A DNA stretch of 52,885 nt from an uncultured Faecalibacterium sp. (GTDB lineage: Bacteria > Bacillota > Clostridia > Christensenellales > Aristaeellaceae). The notes under the pieces are model-generated. The model was not told where the DNA came from and ran no database searches. It saw only the letters and a list, made by a program, of their open reading frames with translations. Position numbers and translations under genes: made by a program. The stretch is taken from the NCBI GenBank assembly GCA_964391995.1, contig CAYMOM010000001.1:1-52885 (forward strand). Reading direction: 5' to 3'. This document shows, piece after piece, positions 17,895 through 27,037 of the stretch (its first letter is position 1; each line of letters starts with the position of its first letter).

Positions 17895-19775
17895 TCAGTC
17901 CCGGCTGTCCCGGCGGCGGCTGCGCTTGTTGCGATACATGGCGCCATCCGCACGGATCAGGAAATCGTCCAGCACCTCATCTGCCCGGGGAACAGCGGCA
18001 AAGGTGCCCACGCTGGCCCCGATATCGCAGATCCACCGCTCCCGGTGGTTGATGTCGTCAATGGCCACATGCACGTTTTCGCCCAGCCGGGCGGCATGCT
18101 CGGCATCCTGCACAAAGCCCACGGCGATGAACTCATCACCGCTGATGTGCACGCAGGTCATGCCATCGTCCTCCAGCACCCGCAGGGCCGTTCCCATGCG
18201 GCGGATGGCTGTATCGCCTGCCATATGCCCGTATTGGTCGTTGATGGTCTTCATGCCGTCCATATCGCAGCTGATAACGGCAAAGTGCCTGCCCTCCTGC
18301 TGGGCCTGGGCGAAAAGGGCCGGCGCCAGCTGGTTGTATCCCCGGCGGTTGTACAGGCCCGTCAGCGGATCGTGGATGGACATATCCTCCAGTGCGGTGG
18401 CGTAGGCCCGCACGGTGCACTTCAGGTTCAGGCTCATCAGTGCGCCGCCCAGCAGGGTCAAAACGGAATACAGCTCAAAGCCCGTGGCATGCCCCAGGTC
18501 GAACACCGCATAGCCGAAATTCTTTTCCAAATAATACAGCGGACTGAACACCAGCGTCATGGGGCGCTGATGCTCGCTGTGCAGGCTGGGCAGCAGATCG
18601 CCCACGCCAAACACCGTCTGGGGTGCCACCTGCCCATTGCTGTAGGAGGAAAGGAGCAGCATGCTTTCCACATCGTTGAATTCCCTGGTGCCTCCATCGG
18701 GGCTGAGGAAATCCGGCGCCACGCAGACGTGCATGTCCTTTACATCCCAGCTGGCGGCAAAATTGGAAATCACCTGCCCTGCTTCCTCCTGGCCGCTGAC
18801 CCCCGCCAGGGAGCTGGAGAAGGCCGAGGCCCGGGCCAGGTTTCTCTCCACATGCCGGTAGGATTCGCTGAAGGTGCGCATGTACTGCTGGGCGGCCTCC
18901 GGGTCGCCCTCGCAGCCGCAGGAGGCGCCAAAGATCACCCTGGTGGGCAGAACCAGCAGGCTGTTTTCCGGCTTGCGCCCGGCCATCCAGTCCGCCAGCA
19001 TGTTCACGCTGACCTTGCCTGCCTCCTGTGCCGGGCGGGAAATGGTGGTCAGCCCGCGGCCAATGGCCTCCCGCAGGGCATCGAAGCCGGTTATCTTCAC
19101 GTCCTCCGGCACGCGGATGCCCGCCTTGCCAAAGGCCTCCATGACACCAAAGGCCATGTCGTCATTGCCGCAGACCACCGCATCGGGCAGGCCACGGGGA
19201 TCCGCCAGCATGGCATTGCCTGCCGCCCTGCCCCCATCCCTGGTCCAGAAGCCCTCATACTCGCCCCGCAGCTCGCACTGCTGTGCCTGCAGCGCACCGC
19301 AGCAAATGCCACGGCGGTCTGCAGCCACCTTGTTGCCCTTGGGGCCTGTCACCAGGGAGAAGCTGCGGCAGCCGTGGCGGTGGATCAGGTGCTCCATCAG
19401 CTGGCGGACGCTGGGCTCATCGTCGAAAGTGACCTCCACACCCTTGTCGCTGCTGCTGTCAATGGTCACCAGCGGCACACCGGTCAGCCTGTCCATCAGG
19501 CGGTTCAGGTGCTCCAGGGCCTTGGCGGACACCATGGTGTAGCTCAGGGCAATCACCCCGTCAAAGCGCTGCAGGTCCGGCAGGTCGAAAATCTCGCTCT
19601 CCATACCGTCGTTGCGGATAATGTTCTCCTCCGCCTGACCCTGGCAGTTGAAAATGCAAATGTCCACATCCCGCAGGGCCGCTGCCTCCGCCATGCCAAA
19701 GGAAAACTCCTGCTGGTACTCCTTGTCCAGGCCCGCCATTAGCACAGCAATACGCTTCTTCATCATCAAGCACAT
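17895..19775 (-). CDS. Diguanylate cyclase (GGDEF domain, SGDEF variant) fused to N-terminal LacI/periplasmic-binding-protein type-I sugar-binding fold
   Basis: ORF track. N-terminal about 300 aa is PBP1-like (IAVLMAGLD..., VVCGNDDMAFGVMEAF, ITGFDA). C-terminal DPLTGLYNRRGY...SCDMDGMKTINDQYGHMAGD...HISGDEFIAV. The start is uncertain (19775/19766/19763) and no strong SD is present. Confidence 0.8.
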   Translation of the reverse strand: MCLMMKKRIAVLMAGLDKEYQQEFSFGMAEAAALRDVDICIFNCQGQAEENIIRNDGMESEIFDLPDLQRFDGVIALSYTMVSAKALEHLNRLMDRLTGVPLVTIDSSSDKGVEVTFDDEPSVRQLMEHLIHRHGCRSFSLVTGPKGNKVAADRRGICCGALQAQQCELRGEYEGFWTRDGGRAAGNAMLADPRGLPDAVVCGNDDMAFGVMEAFGKAGIRVPEDVKITGFDALREAIGRGLTTISRPAQEAGKVSVNMLADWMAGRKPENSLLVLPTRVIFGASCGCEGDPEAAQQYMRTFSESYRHVERNLARASAFSSSLAGVSGQEEAGQVISNFAASWDVKDMHVCVAPDFLSPDGGTREFNDVESMLLLSSYSNGQVAPQTVFGVGDLLPSLHSEHQRPMTLVFSPLYYLEKNFGYAVFDLGHATGFELYSVLTLLGGALMSLNLKCTVRAYATALEDMSIHDPLTGLYNRRGYNQLAPALFAQAQQEGRHFAVISCDMDGMKTINDQYGHMAGDTAIRRMGTALRVLEDDGMTCVHISGDEFIAVGFVQDAEHAARLGENVHVAIDDINHRERWICDIGASVGTFAAVPRADEVLDDFLIRADGAMYRNKRSRRRDSRD

Positions 19776-19968
19776 CCATCTATCTGTCGATCAAGTTTTT
19801 CACGGTTTCACATTGGTTCCATCACAGTATAACACAATGAAACGCTTCATGCAACCTTGTATACACCTCTCCTTTCGCATTTCACGCAAAAAAATTTTCC
19901 ACCGGGAACAATCCCGGCTATTCATCGTCTGATATGGTGTAAGCACAAAACAAGGAGGTACACCCCCA

Positions 19969-20526
19969 ATGACCAAGATGATTGCAATTGTTTCCGCTGT
20001 ACTGCTGGCCGTCCTCGGCCTGACCGCCACCGCCACCGAAACCGGCACCGGCGTAACCGTGGATTTACCCGAAACCACCCTGGCCGCCGAAGACGTGCAG
20101 GAGCTGACCGGCACCGTTGAAGAAATGCCCGGCGAAGGCGAGGAGAAGTACTACATCATCAAGACCTTCGAAGGCCAGCGCTTCCAGGTGAATGTGGATG
20201 CCGCCACCGCCTTTGACGGCAGCACCCCTGCCCTGGGCGATGTGATCCACGTTTTCCACGATGGCAAAATGACCCGTTCCATCCCCGCTCAGGTGTATGC
20301 CCAGCACATTGGCTGCCACTACCACACCGGCGCCATTGTGGAGCTAACCCAGGAAGGCTTCACCCTGGACAGCCAGGAGCAGATCATTGAGGTTCACGCC
20401 CAGCAGGCCCTGCTGGAAGGCCTGGAGAACGGCCAGCAGGTGAAGGTTTACACCAACGGTGTGATGACCATGTCCCTGCCCGCCCAGGTGAACGCTGATC
20501 TCATCGTTCCCATCGCTGCCGAGTAA
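19969..20526 (+). CDS. Hypothetical secreted protein with internal two-fold repeat
   Basis: ORF track. SD AAGGAGG. Signal-like MTKMIAIVSAVLLAVLGLTATA. Repeated units ...VIHVFHDGKMTRSIPAQVYAQHI and ...VKVYTNGVMTMSLPAQVNADLI. Confidence 0.55.
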   Translation: MTKMIAIVSAVLLAVLGLTATATETGTGVTVDLPETTLAAEDVQELTGTVEEMPGEGEEKYYIIKTFEGQRFQVNVDAATAFDGSTPALGDVIHVFHDGKMTRSIPAQVYAQHIGCHYHTGAIVELTQEGFTLDSQEQIIEVHAQQALLEGLENGQQVKVYTNGVMTMSLPAQVNADLIVPIAAE

Positions 20527-20531
20527 CTCAA

Positions 20532-20559
20532 AAGGCTTGCCGAACGCCGGCAAGCCTTC
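20532..20559. terminator. Hairpin AAGGCTTGCCG-aacgc-CGGCAAGCCTT, copy 1 (A-run on its 5' side)
   Basis: Lies 6 nt after the 19969..20526 stop. On the minus strand it is followed by TTTTGAG. It is a 28-bp perfect duplicate of 20746..20773. Confidence 0.6.
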
Positions 20560-20745
20560 AGCCTACCCACAAACCCTATTGAAGATTATGGCCGAGAAAA
20601 GAGCGTCTACAGAAGACTCTCAGAATGATTCTGAGAATAACTTTTGAAGAAACATACCTCCTGTACAGCCATGCGTCGTTCTCATGCCGCCGTACAAACT
20701 GCGTTTTCTTCCATCTTTTCTATTGGGTACTTTGTGGACGGTCTG

Positions 20746-20773
20746 AAGGCTTGCCGAACGCCGGCAAGCCTTC
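20746..20773. terminator. Hairpin AAGGCTTGCCG-aacgc-CGGCAAGCCTT, copy 2 (T-run on its 3' side)
   Basis: Identical 28 bp, followed on the plus strand by CTTTTGCATTT. Lies 46 nt beyond the stop of the convergent methyltransferase gene. Confidence 0.6.
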
Positions 20774-20818
20774 CTTTTGCATTTCAAGCCGCTGCGCAGG
20801 CCCATTAATGCCCGCGCC

Positions 20819-22042
20819 TCATGCCTTCCACCGGAACACGGTTTTCCGGCCGGCGGCATCCACCGTTTGCACAGCCAGGCCGGGCAGGTTTTCCGGCAGG
20901 ATGCACACCAAGGGAAGCTCCGGGTGCTTGTGGCTGCGGTGGAAGTGCTGCAGGGTAACCAGGCTCCCCTGCTCCACATACCCGGCGGACCAGGCTTCCA
21001 GGCTGTCGAAGGCCTGCTCCGTCGGCGGAAAGGCCGGATGCCGGGCAGAGAAATCCGTCAGCAGCAGGGTGCCTGCAGCCGGGTCATAGCTGCCCTCCAG
21101 GGTTGCGCCGCCGGCACAGGGGACATCCACCGTCATATCCTGCAGGCGCAGGCGGCTGCGGGCCATCAGCAGCGCCTCGGGTGCCATGTCCAGCCCGGCA
21201 AAGCGGCAGCCCAGCTGCTGGGCCATAGCCAGGGTGGTTCCGCTGCCGCAGCACAGGTCGCACACCCAGTCCCCCGGCTGAACCACCGGGCGCAGCAGGC
21301 GCTCCAGCAGCTTCAGGGGTTTTTGCGTGGCATAGCCGGTGCGCTCCGGGTCACGCTGCTGCAGGTGGCTGATGTCCGTCCACACATCCCCGGGGTACAC
21401 GGGTGCATCATCGTAATAGCGGTATTCCCTGCCGCCGGAGCGGATGCTGCGGTAGGCCTTGCCGTTTTCGTCCACCTGGCGGCGCATGTGGTTGCGCCGG
21501 GCAGAGGCTCGCTCCAGGGGAACCTGCGTCAGGTCGAAGCGGTATTTCCTGCTGCAGGCGTAAAGGAGGATCACATCATGCTTGCGGCTGAAGTGGCGCT
21601 TGGCCCGTCCGCCGCTTTCGTAGGCCCAGACGATTTCATTGAGGAATCTGTCTTCACCGAAGATTTCATCGCACAAAAGCCGGGCATGGGCGGCGGCGCG
21701 CCAGTCCAGGTGCAGGCAGAACACCCCCGTGGGTGCCAGCAGCCGGTGAGCGTTTTCCACCAGCCCGCGAAGAAAAGCCATATAGGCCGCCCTGTCCGCA
21801 AAGCTGTCGGTATAGGCGGGATACGCCGGTGCAGGGGTACCTGTGCGCCAGCCCTTTGCGCCAAAGCGGCGGCGGCGGGTGAAGCTGTCCCCAGTCATGA
21901 AGGGGGGATCGATATACACGCACTGCACCCGGCCTGCCAGGCGCTCAACCTCCGGCGGCAGCTCCCCTGCCCCGTTGGCACACAAAAGCAGGCTCTCCCC
22001 GCTGCCGATGATTTCTCTGCCAATGCCGATGGGTTCAAACAT
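20819..22042 (-). CDS. Site-specific DNA methyltransferase, beta-class (N6-adenine or N4-cytosine), no partner restriction gene seen
   Basis: ORF-track 20819..22066 trimmed to M9 (MFEPIGIG...), 5 nt after SD GGAGGGAAG and overlapping the upstream stop by 8 nt. Motif IV VYIDPPF precedes motif I DLCCGSGTT. TGYATQKPLKLLERLL is typical of the ParB-less N4/N6 MTase family. Confidence 0.8.
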   Translation of the reverse strand: MFEPIGIGREIIGSGESLLLCANGAGELPPEVERLAGRVQCVYIDPPFMTGDSFTRRRRFGAKGWRTGTPAPAYPAYTDSFADRAAYMAFLRGLVENAHRLLAPTGVFCLHLDWRAAAHARLLCDEIFGEDRFLNEIVWAYESGGRAKRHFSRKHDVILLYACSRKYRFDLTQVPLERASARRNHMRRQVDENGKAYRSIRSGGREYRYYDDAPVYPGDVWTDISHLQQRDPERTGYATQKPLKLLERLLRPVVQPGDWVCDLCCGSGTTLAMAQQLGCRFAGLDMAPEALLMARSRLRLQDMTVDVPCAGGATLEGSYDPAAGTLLLTDFSARHPAFPPTEQAFDSLEAWSAGYVEQGSLVTLQHFHRSHKHPELPLVCILPENLPGLAVQTVDAAGRKTVFRWKA

Positions 22043-22547
22043 GCTTCTTCCCTCCAAATTGGGCACGCAGGGCGCGAAGGTCGTCCTGCTGGGCAGTCAG
22101 TTTCAGCAAAAAGCGGCGCTGCTCCTCGTCTTGGGCAAGCATTTCCCCGCAGGTGCGCACAGCATCCACAAATGCCGGGCACAGGCCGCTTTTCCCCTGG
22201 CGGGCCAGCGGGCATACCGGCTTGGCACGCAGGTCGGTGGCAACCTTCACCCCATCCGGGCGCAGCACAGGCAGCAGGGGAAACAGCCGGCAGCTCAGGG
22301 GTCTGTCCTCCCGGCGACAGTCGCCGGGGCAGGTCAGCAGCATGCCGGCAGGCGTCTGCTGCACACGGTAGCCCGGCAGCTGCGTATAGTAGGCTTCCTC
22401 CCCTGGAAAGAGCAGCATGCCGGTGTTTTCACCCTCCATGGGCTGACAGCAGCGGCCTGCGCACAGCTTTCCGCAGTCCGTTTGAAGGGGTGTCAGGCAG
22501 TCGAAAAGCGCCCGGGCCCGGGCAATGACCTCCGGCAAGCAGCCCAT
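22035..22547 (-). CDS. Cysteine-cluster protein (C-x3-C-x3-CC; YkgJ/UPF0153-like putative Zn/Fe-binding)
   Basis: ORF-track 22035..22871 trimmed to M109 (MGCLPEVIARARALFDCLTPLQTDCGKLCAGRCCQP...). That ATG lies 12 nt after the upstream stop and is preceded by GTGAGGTG. Confidence 0.45.
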   Translation of the reverse strand: MGCLPEVIARARALFDCLTPLQTDCGKLCAGRCCQPMEGENTGMLLFPGEEAYYTQLPGYRVQQTPAGMLLTCPGDCRREDRPLSCRLFPLLPVLRPDGVKVATDLRAKPVCPLARQGKSGLCPAFVDAVRTCGEMLAQDEEQRRFLLKLTAQQDDLRALRAQFGGKKHV

Positions 22548-22558
22548 CGGGAAACACC

Positions 22559-23482
22559 TCACTTTTTCTTGGTGCACAGCTTCATGCAACCCTTCCGGCA
22601 GCGAATGCTGCGGCAGGCGGTGTGCTTCACACCCAGCAGGGCATCCATTTCCGCAGCTACATGGGTGTATCGGCCGTTGGTGTGGTGCACCAGGGCGTAA
22701 TCCACCTGGTTCACCTTGCCTGCAGCCTGCCGACAGAAGGCACGCATCGGGCCGCACAGGCCAAACACCCAGATGGGCGTGCAGATGGTGATGCGCCGGT
22801 AGGCGGAAAGGTCGATATTCACTGGGTGAATGGGCATGGGCCAGCGGTGCATAGCAAAGCGCCCGCACCACCAGAAGCCCAGGGTGCCTGCGGTTGGCTC
22901 CGCAGCCTTGATTTCATACACTTGCGCACCAGAGCGGCTGGCGATTTCATGGGCCACATGGCGCACATAACCCATGCGGGAGAAGTACACCACCAGGTGA
23001 CTGCGGTCATCAGCAGTGCAGGTGTACCCTGGCGATTGGGCCGCAAAGCGCTCCTGGCGGAAAAACACCCAGGCCGCATAGCCGGTCAGTGCCTGAATCA
23101 GCCCGAAAAGGAAATACGCAGTGGACATGAAATTCAGCGGAAAAATGCAAAACTGGATGCAGATCCACAGCATCAGCGTAACGCCCAGTGCACCGCCCAG
23201 CACCACGCCTGCAGGCTTTTTGCCCAGGAGCAGCCCGGCTGCCAGCAGATTGGGCAGGCCGTTGACCGCAAGCAGCGCTATGCCGGGGAAGGTGAAATTC
23301 CGGAACAGTACATCCGCAAAGGGCAGCACCTGGAAGAAAGGCAGCATGGCATCCATGCCCAGGGCATGTCCTGTGGGATCAATCAGCATGCAGGCAGTGC
23401 CAGCAACAGCGCCGATGCCAATGAACAGCGTCCAGAAAAGCAGCGCCCGCCGGGTTGGCAGAAAACGGGATTTCATGGGCAT
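22559..23482 (-). CDS. Membrane protein (about 4 TM) with C-terminal flavodoxin-like domain
   Basis: ORF-track 22559..23659 trimmed to M60 (MPMKSRFLPTRRALLFWTLF...). ATG 23476 is an alternative. The C-terminal half HLVVYFSRMGYVRHVAHEIASRSGAQVYEIK...ITICTPIWVFG resembles Flavodoxin_4-type proteins. Confidence 0.45.
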   Translation of the reverse strand: MPMKSRFLPTRRALLFWTLFIGIGAVAGTACMLIDPTGHALGMDAMLPFFQVLPFADVLFRNFTFPGIALLAVNGLPNLLAAGLLLGKKPAGVVLGGALGVTLMLWICIQFCIFPLNFMSTAYFLFGLIQALTGYAAWVFFRQERFAAQSPGYTCTADDRSHLVVYFSRMGYVRHVAHEIASRSGAQVYEIKAAEPTAGTLGFWWCGRFAMHRWPMPIHPVNIDLSAYRRITICTPIWVFGLCGPMRAFCRQAAGKVNQVDYALVHHTNGRYTHVAAEMDALLGVKHTACRSIRCRKGCMKLCTKKK

Positions 23483-23498
23483 CCCATCCTTTCGTGGC

Positions 23499-24059
23499 TC
23501 AGGTATCGTACACAGCGCGGCTGCCGCCAATATAGGGCAGGCGGCTGTAAGCCATAACCAGGTTGGCATGACCCACATGGTTTTCCTCCATGCGCAGGGG
23601 AACCGCCACCGGGCGGATGTGCATGCCCACCAGGGTATCACCAATGTCGATGCCTGCATCGGCCTGCACGCTCATGGCCAGGGCAGGCTGCTCCAGCAGC
23701 TTCCAGGCCGCAGCAGGCACGCTGCCGCCGGCCTTGGGCTGGGGAATGGCCCGCACCTGCACCAGGCGCTGTTCCTTCAGCACCCGGTGCTCCATCACAA
23801 TGGCCCGGTTCAGGTGCTCACAGCACTGGAACGCCGCCTCCAGCCCATGGGCACGGCAGGCATCCAGCATGGCCCGGGCGATCACCTGTCCCAGCTCCGG
23901 CACACTGCCTTTGCCGATCCGTGCACCCGCCACCTCGCTGGTGGAGCACCCCAGCACAATCACCCCGCCGGGGCCTATCTGCCCGGCCTCCGCCAGGGCC
24001 GCAACCGCCTTCTGCAAGGTGGATTCAATCTCCCATTGCAACCCTTCATCAACCACCAT
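23499..24059 (-). CDS. UPF0340/TIGR01440-family protein (YwlG-like)
   Basis: ORF-track 23499..24131 trimmed to the ATG 6 nt after SD GGAGGA (ATG 24062 is an alternative). Strong family strings VLGCSTSEV, FQCCEHLNRA, GIDIGDTLVGMH, IGGSRAVY. Confidence 0.8.
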   Translation of the reverse strand: MVVDEGLQWEIESTLQKAVAALAEAGQIGPGGVIVLGCSTSEVAGARIGKGSVPELGQVIARAMLDACRAHGLEAAFQCCEHLNRAIVMEHRVLKEQRLVQVRAIPQPKAGGSVPAAAWKLLEQPALAMSVQADAGIDIGDTLVGMHIRPVAVPLRMEENHVGHANLVMAYSRLPYIGGSRAVYDT

Positions 24060-24080
24060 CATCACTCCTCCATCCAAAAG

Positions 24081-24216
24081 CGCCGCTTCCCCGCGTCGCG
24101 GTGCGCCCTCCGCGCGCCGTGACCCCTGCAAAACCTGCGTACAAATCGCACACCCGCCGGGGATTCTTAAGGGCCTCAGGCCCTTAAGCGGGAGTCCAGA
24201 GGGCAGCGCCCTCTGG
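24081..24216 (-). repeat. Modular intergenic hairpin repeat, copy 4 (C-B-A on plus strand)
   Basis: C module: GTCGCGGTGCGC-cctcc-GCGCGCCGTGAC 24095..24123. B module: CTTAAGGGCC-TCA-GGCCCTTAAG 24166..24188. A module: CCAGAGGGC-AGC-GCCCTCTGG 24196..24216, abutting the ftsK stop (24217..24219). Confidence 0.85.
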
Positions 24217-27018
24217 TCATTCCAGCTCGTTGTTTTCCTTCATTCGCTCAAACTCCTCGCGGGAGATGAGGCAGAAGCGCGGTTTGGAACCATCCTTGGG
24301 GGACACAACGCCGCGCTTTTCCATTTCGTCCACCAGGCGGGCGGCGCGGGCGTATCCCAGCTTCAGCCTGCGCTGGAGAAGGCTGGTGGACACCTGCCCG
24401 TCCTGCACAGCCATTTCGATGCACTGCTGCAAAAGGGAGGCATCGCTGTTGGGGTCTTCGGCAGGCTCGCCGCCATCGGTCATGGGGAAGCCGCCGTTTT
24501 CGTGTTCCAGCTGTTCCAGCTGCTCCAGCACATCGGGGTCATAGTCGGCTTCGCTGTTTGCGCGGATGAAATCGGTCACCCGGTTCACCTCGGCATCGGA
24601 CATAAAGCAGCCCTGCAGGCGGATAGGGGTAAACTCCCCTGTGGGCGCATACAGCATATCGCCCCAGCCCAGCAGCTGCTCGGCACCCGGCTTATCCAGG
24701 ATGGTGCGGCTGTCGATAAAGCTGGAAACCTTAAAGGCAATGCGGCTGGGAATGTTGGCCTTGATCAGGCCGGTAATCACATCCACAGACGGGCGCTGGG
24801 TGGCTACCACCAGGTGAATGCCGGCGGCGCGGGCCAGCTGGGCCAGGCGGCAGATGTGATCCTCCACATCCCGCTTGCAGGTCATCATCAGGTCAGCCAG
24901 CTCGTCAATGATGATGACGATCCGGGGCATGTGCTCCTCGCCGTCCTCCAGCTTGGCATTGTAGCCGTCAATGGCGCGGACGCCCTTGGTCTGGAATTTT
25001 TTATAGCGGTCCATCATCTCCGCCACGGCCCAGGCCAGGGCACCGGCTGCCTTGTGGGGATCGGATACCACGGGGATCAGCAGATGGGGAATGCCGTTGT
25101 AGCACTGCAGCTCCACCACCTTGGGATCCACCAGGATCATCCGTACCTCCCGGGGGGAACAGCGGTACAGCAGGGAGTTGATCATGGTGTTGATGCAGAC
25201 CGACTTGCCGGAACCGGTGGCACCGGCAATCAGCAAATGGGGCATGCGGGTCAGGTCGCACACAATGGGTTTGCCGGCAATGTCCTTGCCCAAGGCCACC
25301 GCCAGGGGTGATTTGGCCTCCTGCATGGGCTGGCTTTCCAGCACTTCCCGAAGGGTCACGGTGGCAACCTTCCTGTTGGGGACTTCCACACCCACCAGGG
25401 ATGTACCGGGAATGGGTGCCTCGATCCGGACGGATTTCACCTCCATGTTCATGGCGATGTTCCTGTCCAGGTTGTTGAGCTTGGACACGTTGATGCCCTG
25501 GGCAATTTCCAGCTCAAACCGGGAAATGGCAGGCCCATGGGTCACATGGCGAACCTCGGCAGGAATCTTGAAGGAGCGCAGTGTAGCCTCCAGCCGCCTG
25601 GCGTTTGCGGCATCCTCCTCATCCTGGTTGATGCTGTTCTGATGCTCAGGCTGCTTCAAAAGGCCCACCCCCGGGAACACATAGGGCGGGGGCAGCTCCA
25701 TTTCGGTCTGCTGGGCCTGGGGTGCGTTCTTCCTGGGCGGCAGCTTCAGTTCCGGCTTCCAGGCATCCTGGGGCGGCTCCTGCTGGAGCTTGGGGGCAGC
25801 CACCGCTTCAGCCTGGTCTGGTGCATCCTCCCAGGGCGGCGTGTCCGACCAAGAAGGCTTGGGCTGCTGCTTTTTCCTGACCAGGCGCGGCGCAGGCTCT
25901 TCCTCCTGTTCCGCGGTGCGCCAGGTGGCGGTGCGCTGGGTATCCTCCTGACAGACCTCCGGCTGAACCTGCCGGGCTGGCTGGGGCGTCTCCTGCTGGG
26001 CAGGCTCCGCCGGCTTTGCTTTGCGGCTGCCAAAGATGCCTGTGGTCTGGGGTACCTCCTGCTGCTGGGCAGGCTGCTTGCGGCCGAAAATGCGGGACTT
26101 GCTTTCCTTTTCTTCTGCCGGCACCTGGTAGGAGTATTTCTGATAGGAGTCCATGGCCTGCTGCTCCAGCTGCTCATCCACCGGTACAGGCGTAGCCGTC
26201 TGGACGCGCACAGGCGCGGGCTGCTGCACAGGCACAGTCCTGGTGGCTGGCTGATAGGCCCCCTGGGGCACATAGTCGCCCCAGCCGTCATCCTGGGCCT
26301 GGGCATTGGTGCGCTGGGTGGTCTGCATTTGCTGCCGGCGCTGCCATTGCATGTCCTGCTGGTACTGCTGCTGAGCTTCCCGCTCCCGGGCGATGCGGCG
26401 GATGTCCTGTTTCTCCTGCACCTTGCCGAAGAGTTTGCGCCAGTCCAGATGCAGCATGAGAACAAAGGCCGCCACGCCCAGCACTGCCGCAATGATGCCG
26501 CCGCCAACAGGGCCGGCCAGCTTCCACAGGGGCCAGGCCAGCAGCATGCCAAGAATGCCGCCGCTGGCGTTTTTCTGGGCGCCCACCTCATAGGCCCGGG
26601 CCAGGAAAAGGTCGAAGGCGCCGGGTGCGGAGGAGCGGGACTGGTTGCCCGTATAGAAATAGTCCATCAGGGAGCTGGTGCCAATGCGGGTAAACAGGGT
26701 AACAGCCGCCAGCACCAGAAGGAACACCAGCGCAAACAGCGCATAGGGCCGCACAGGGGCCTTGCGCTGGGTGGAGAGCATCACCAGAACGCCGCCCCAG
26801 ATGGGCAGCACCGGCAGGGCAAAGGCCAGGCCGCCAGCCAGGCCGCTGCACACCTGGCGCAGGCCTGCAAACACGTCTCCCGCCATGTTCAGCACCACAG
26901 CCAGAAAAATCATCACGCCCAGGGCCACCAGCACCAGACCGGTAATGAGGAAAAGTGCCATCCTGTCGGCAGAATACGCCTGTGCCTTCCGTGGTTTGTT
27001 TCTCTTGGTTTGCGCCAT
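24217..27018 (-). CDS. ftsK: DNA translocase FtsK/SpoIIIE
   Basis: ORF track. N-terminal TM helices, a long Q/P-rich linker, Walker A GATGSGKS, and a C-terminal gamma winged helix LLQRRLKLGYARAARLVDEME. Confidence 0.95.
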   Translation of the reverse strand: MAQTKRNKPRKAQAYSADRMALFLITGLVLVALGVMIFLAVVLNMAGDVFAGLRQVCSGLAGGLAFALPVLPIWGGVLVMLSTQRKAPVRPYALFALVFLLVLAAVTLFTRIGTSSLMDYFYTGNQSRSSAPGAFDLFLARAYEVGAQKNASGGILGMLLAWPLWKLAGPVGGGIIAAVLGVAAFVLMLHLDWRKLFGKVQEKQDIRRIAREREAQQQYQQDMQWQRRQQMQTTQRTNAQAQDDGWGDYVPQGAYQPATRTVPVQQPAPVRVQTATPVPVDEQLEQQAMDSYQKYSYQVPAEEKESKSRIFGRKQPAQQQEVPQTTGIFGSRKAKPAEPAQQETPQPARQVQPEVCQEDTQRTATWRTAEQEEEPAPRLVRKKQQPKPSWSDTPPWEDAPDQAEAVAAPKLQQEPPQDAWKPELKLPPRKNAPQAQQTEMELPPPYVFPGVGLLKQPEHQNSINQDEEDAANARRLEATLRSFKIPAEVRHVTHGPAISRFELEIAQGINVSKLNNLDRNIAMNMEVKSVRIEAPIPGTSLVGVEVPNRKVATVTLREVLESQPMQEAKSPLAVALGKDIAGKPIVCDLTRMPHLLIAGATGSGKSVCINTMINSLLYRCSPREVRMILVDPKVVELQCYNGIPHLLIPVVSDPHKAAGALAWAVAEMMDRYKKFQTKGVRAIDGYNAKLEDGEEHMPRIVIIIDELADLMMTCKRDVEDHICRLAQLARAAGIHLVVATQRPSVDVITGLIKANIPSRIAFKVSSFIDSRTILDKPGAEQLLGWGDMLYAPTGEFTPIRLQGCFMSDAEVNRVTDFIRANSEADYDPDVLEQLEQLEHENGGFPMTDGGEPAEDPNSDASLLQQCIEMAVQDGQVSTSLLQRRLKLGYARAARLVDEMEKRGVVSPKDGSKPRFCLISREEFERMKENNELE

Positions 27019-27037
27019 GATGTTCCTCCGCTTATCC

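Noticed and set aside
20560-20745. Tiny ORFs inside the hairpin-bracketed low-GC segment, for example minus-strand MRTTHGCTGGMFLQKLFSESF and plus-strand MAEKRASTEDSQNDSENNF.
   Set aside because: They have no convincing SD at proper spacing. They are not hydrophobic like type I toxins. They are too short to support without conservation data.
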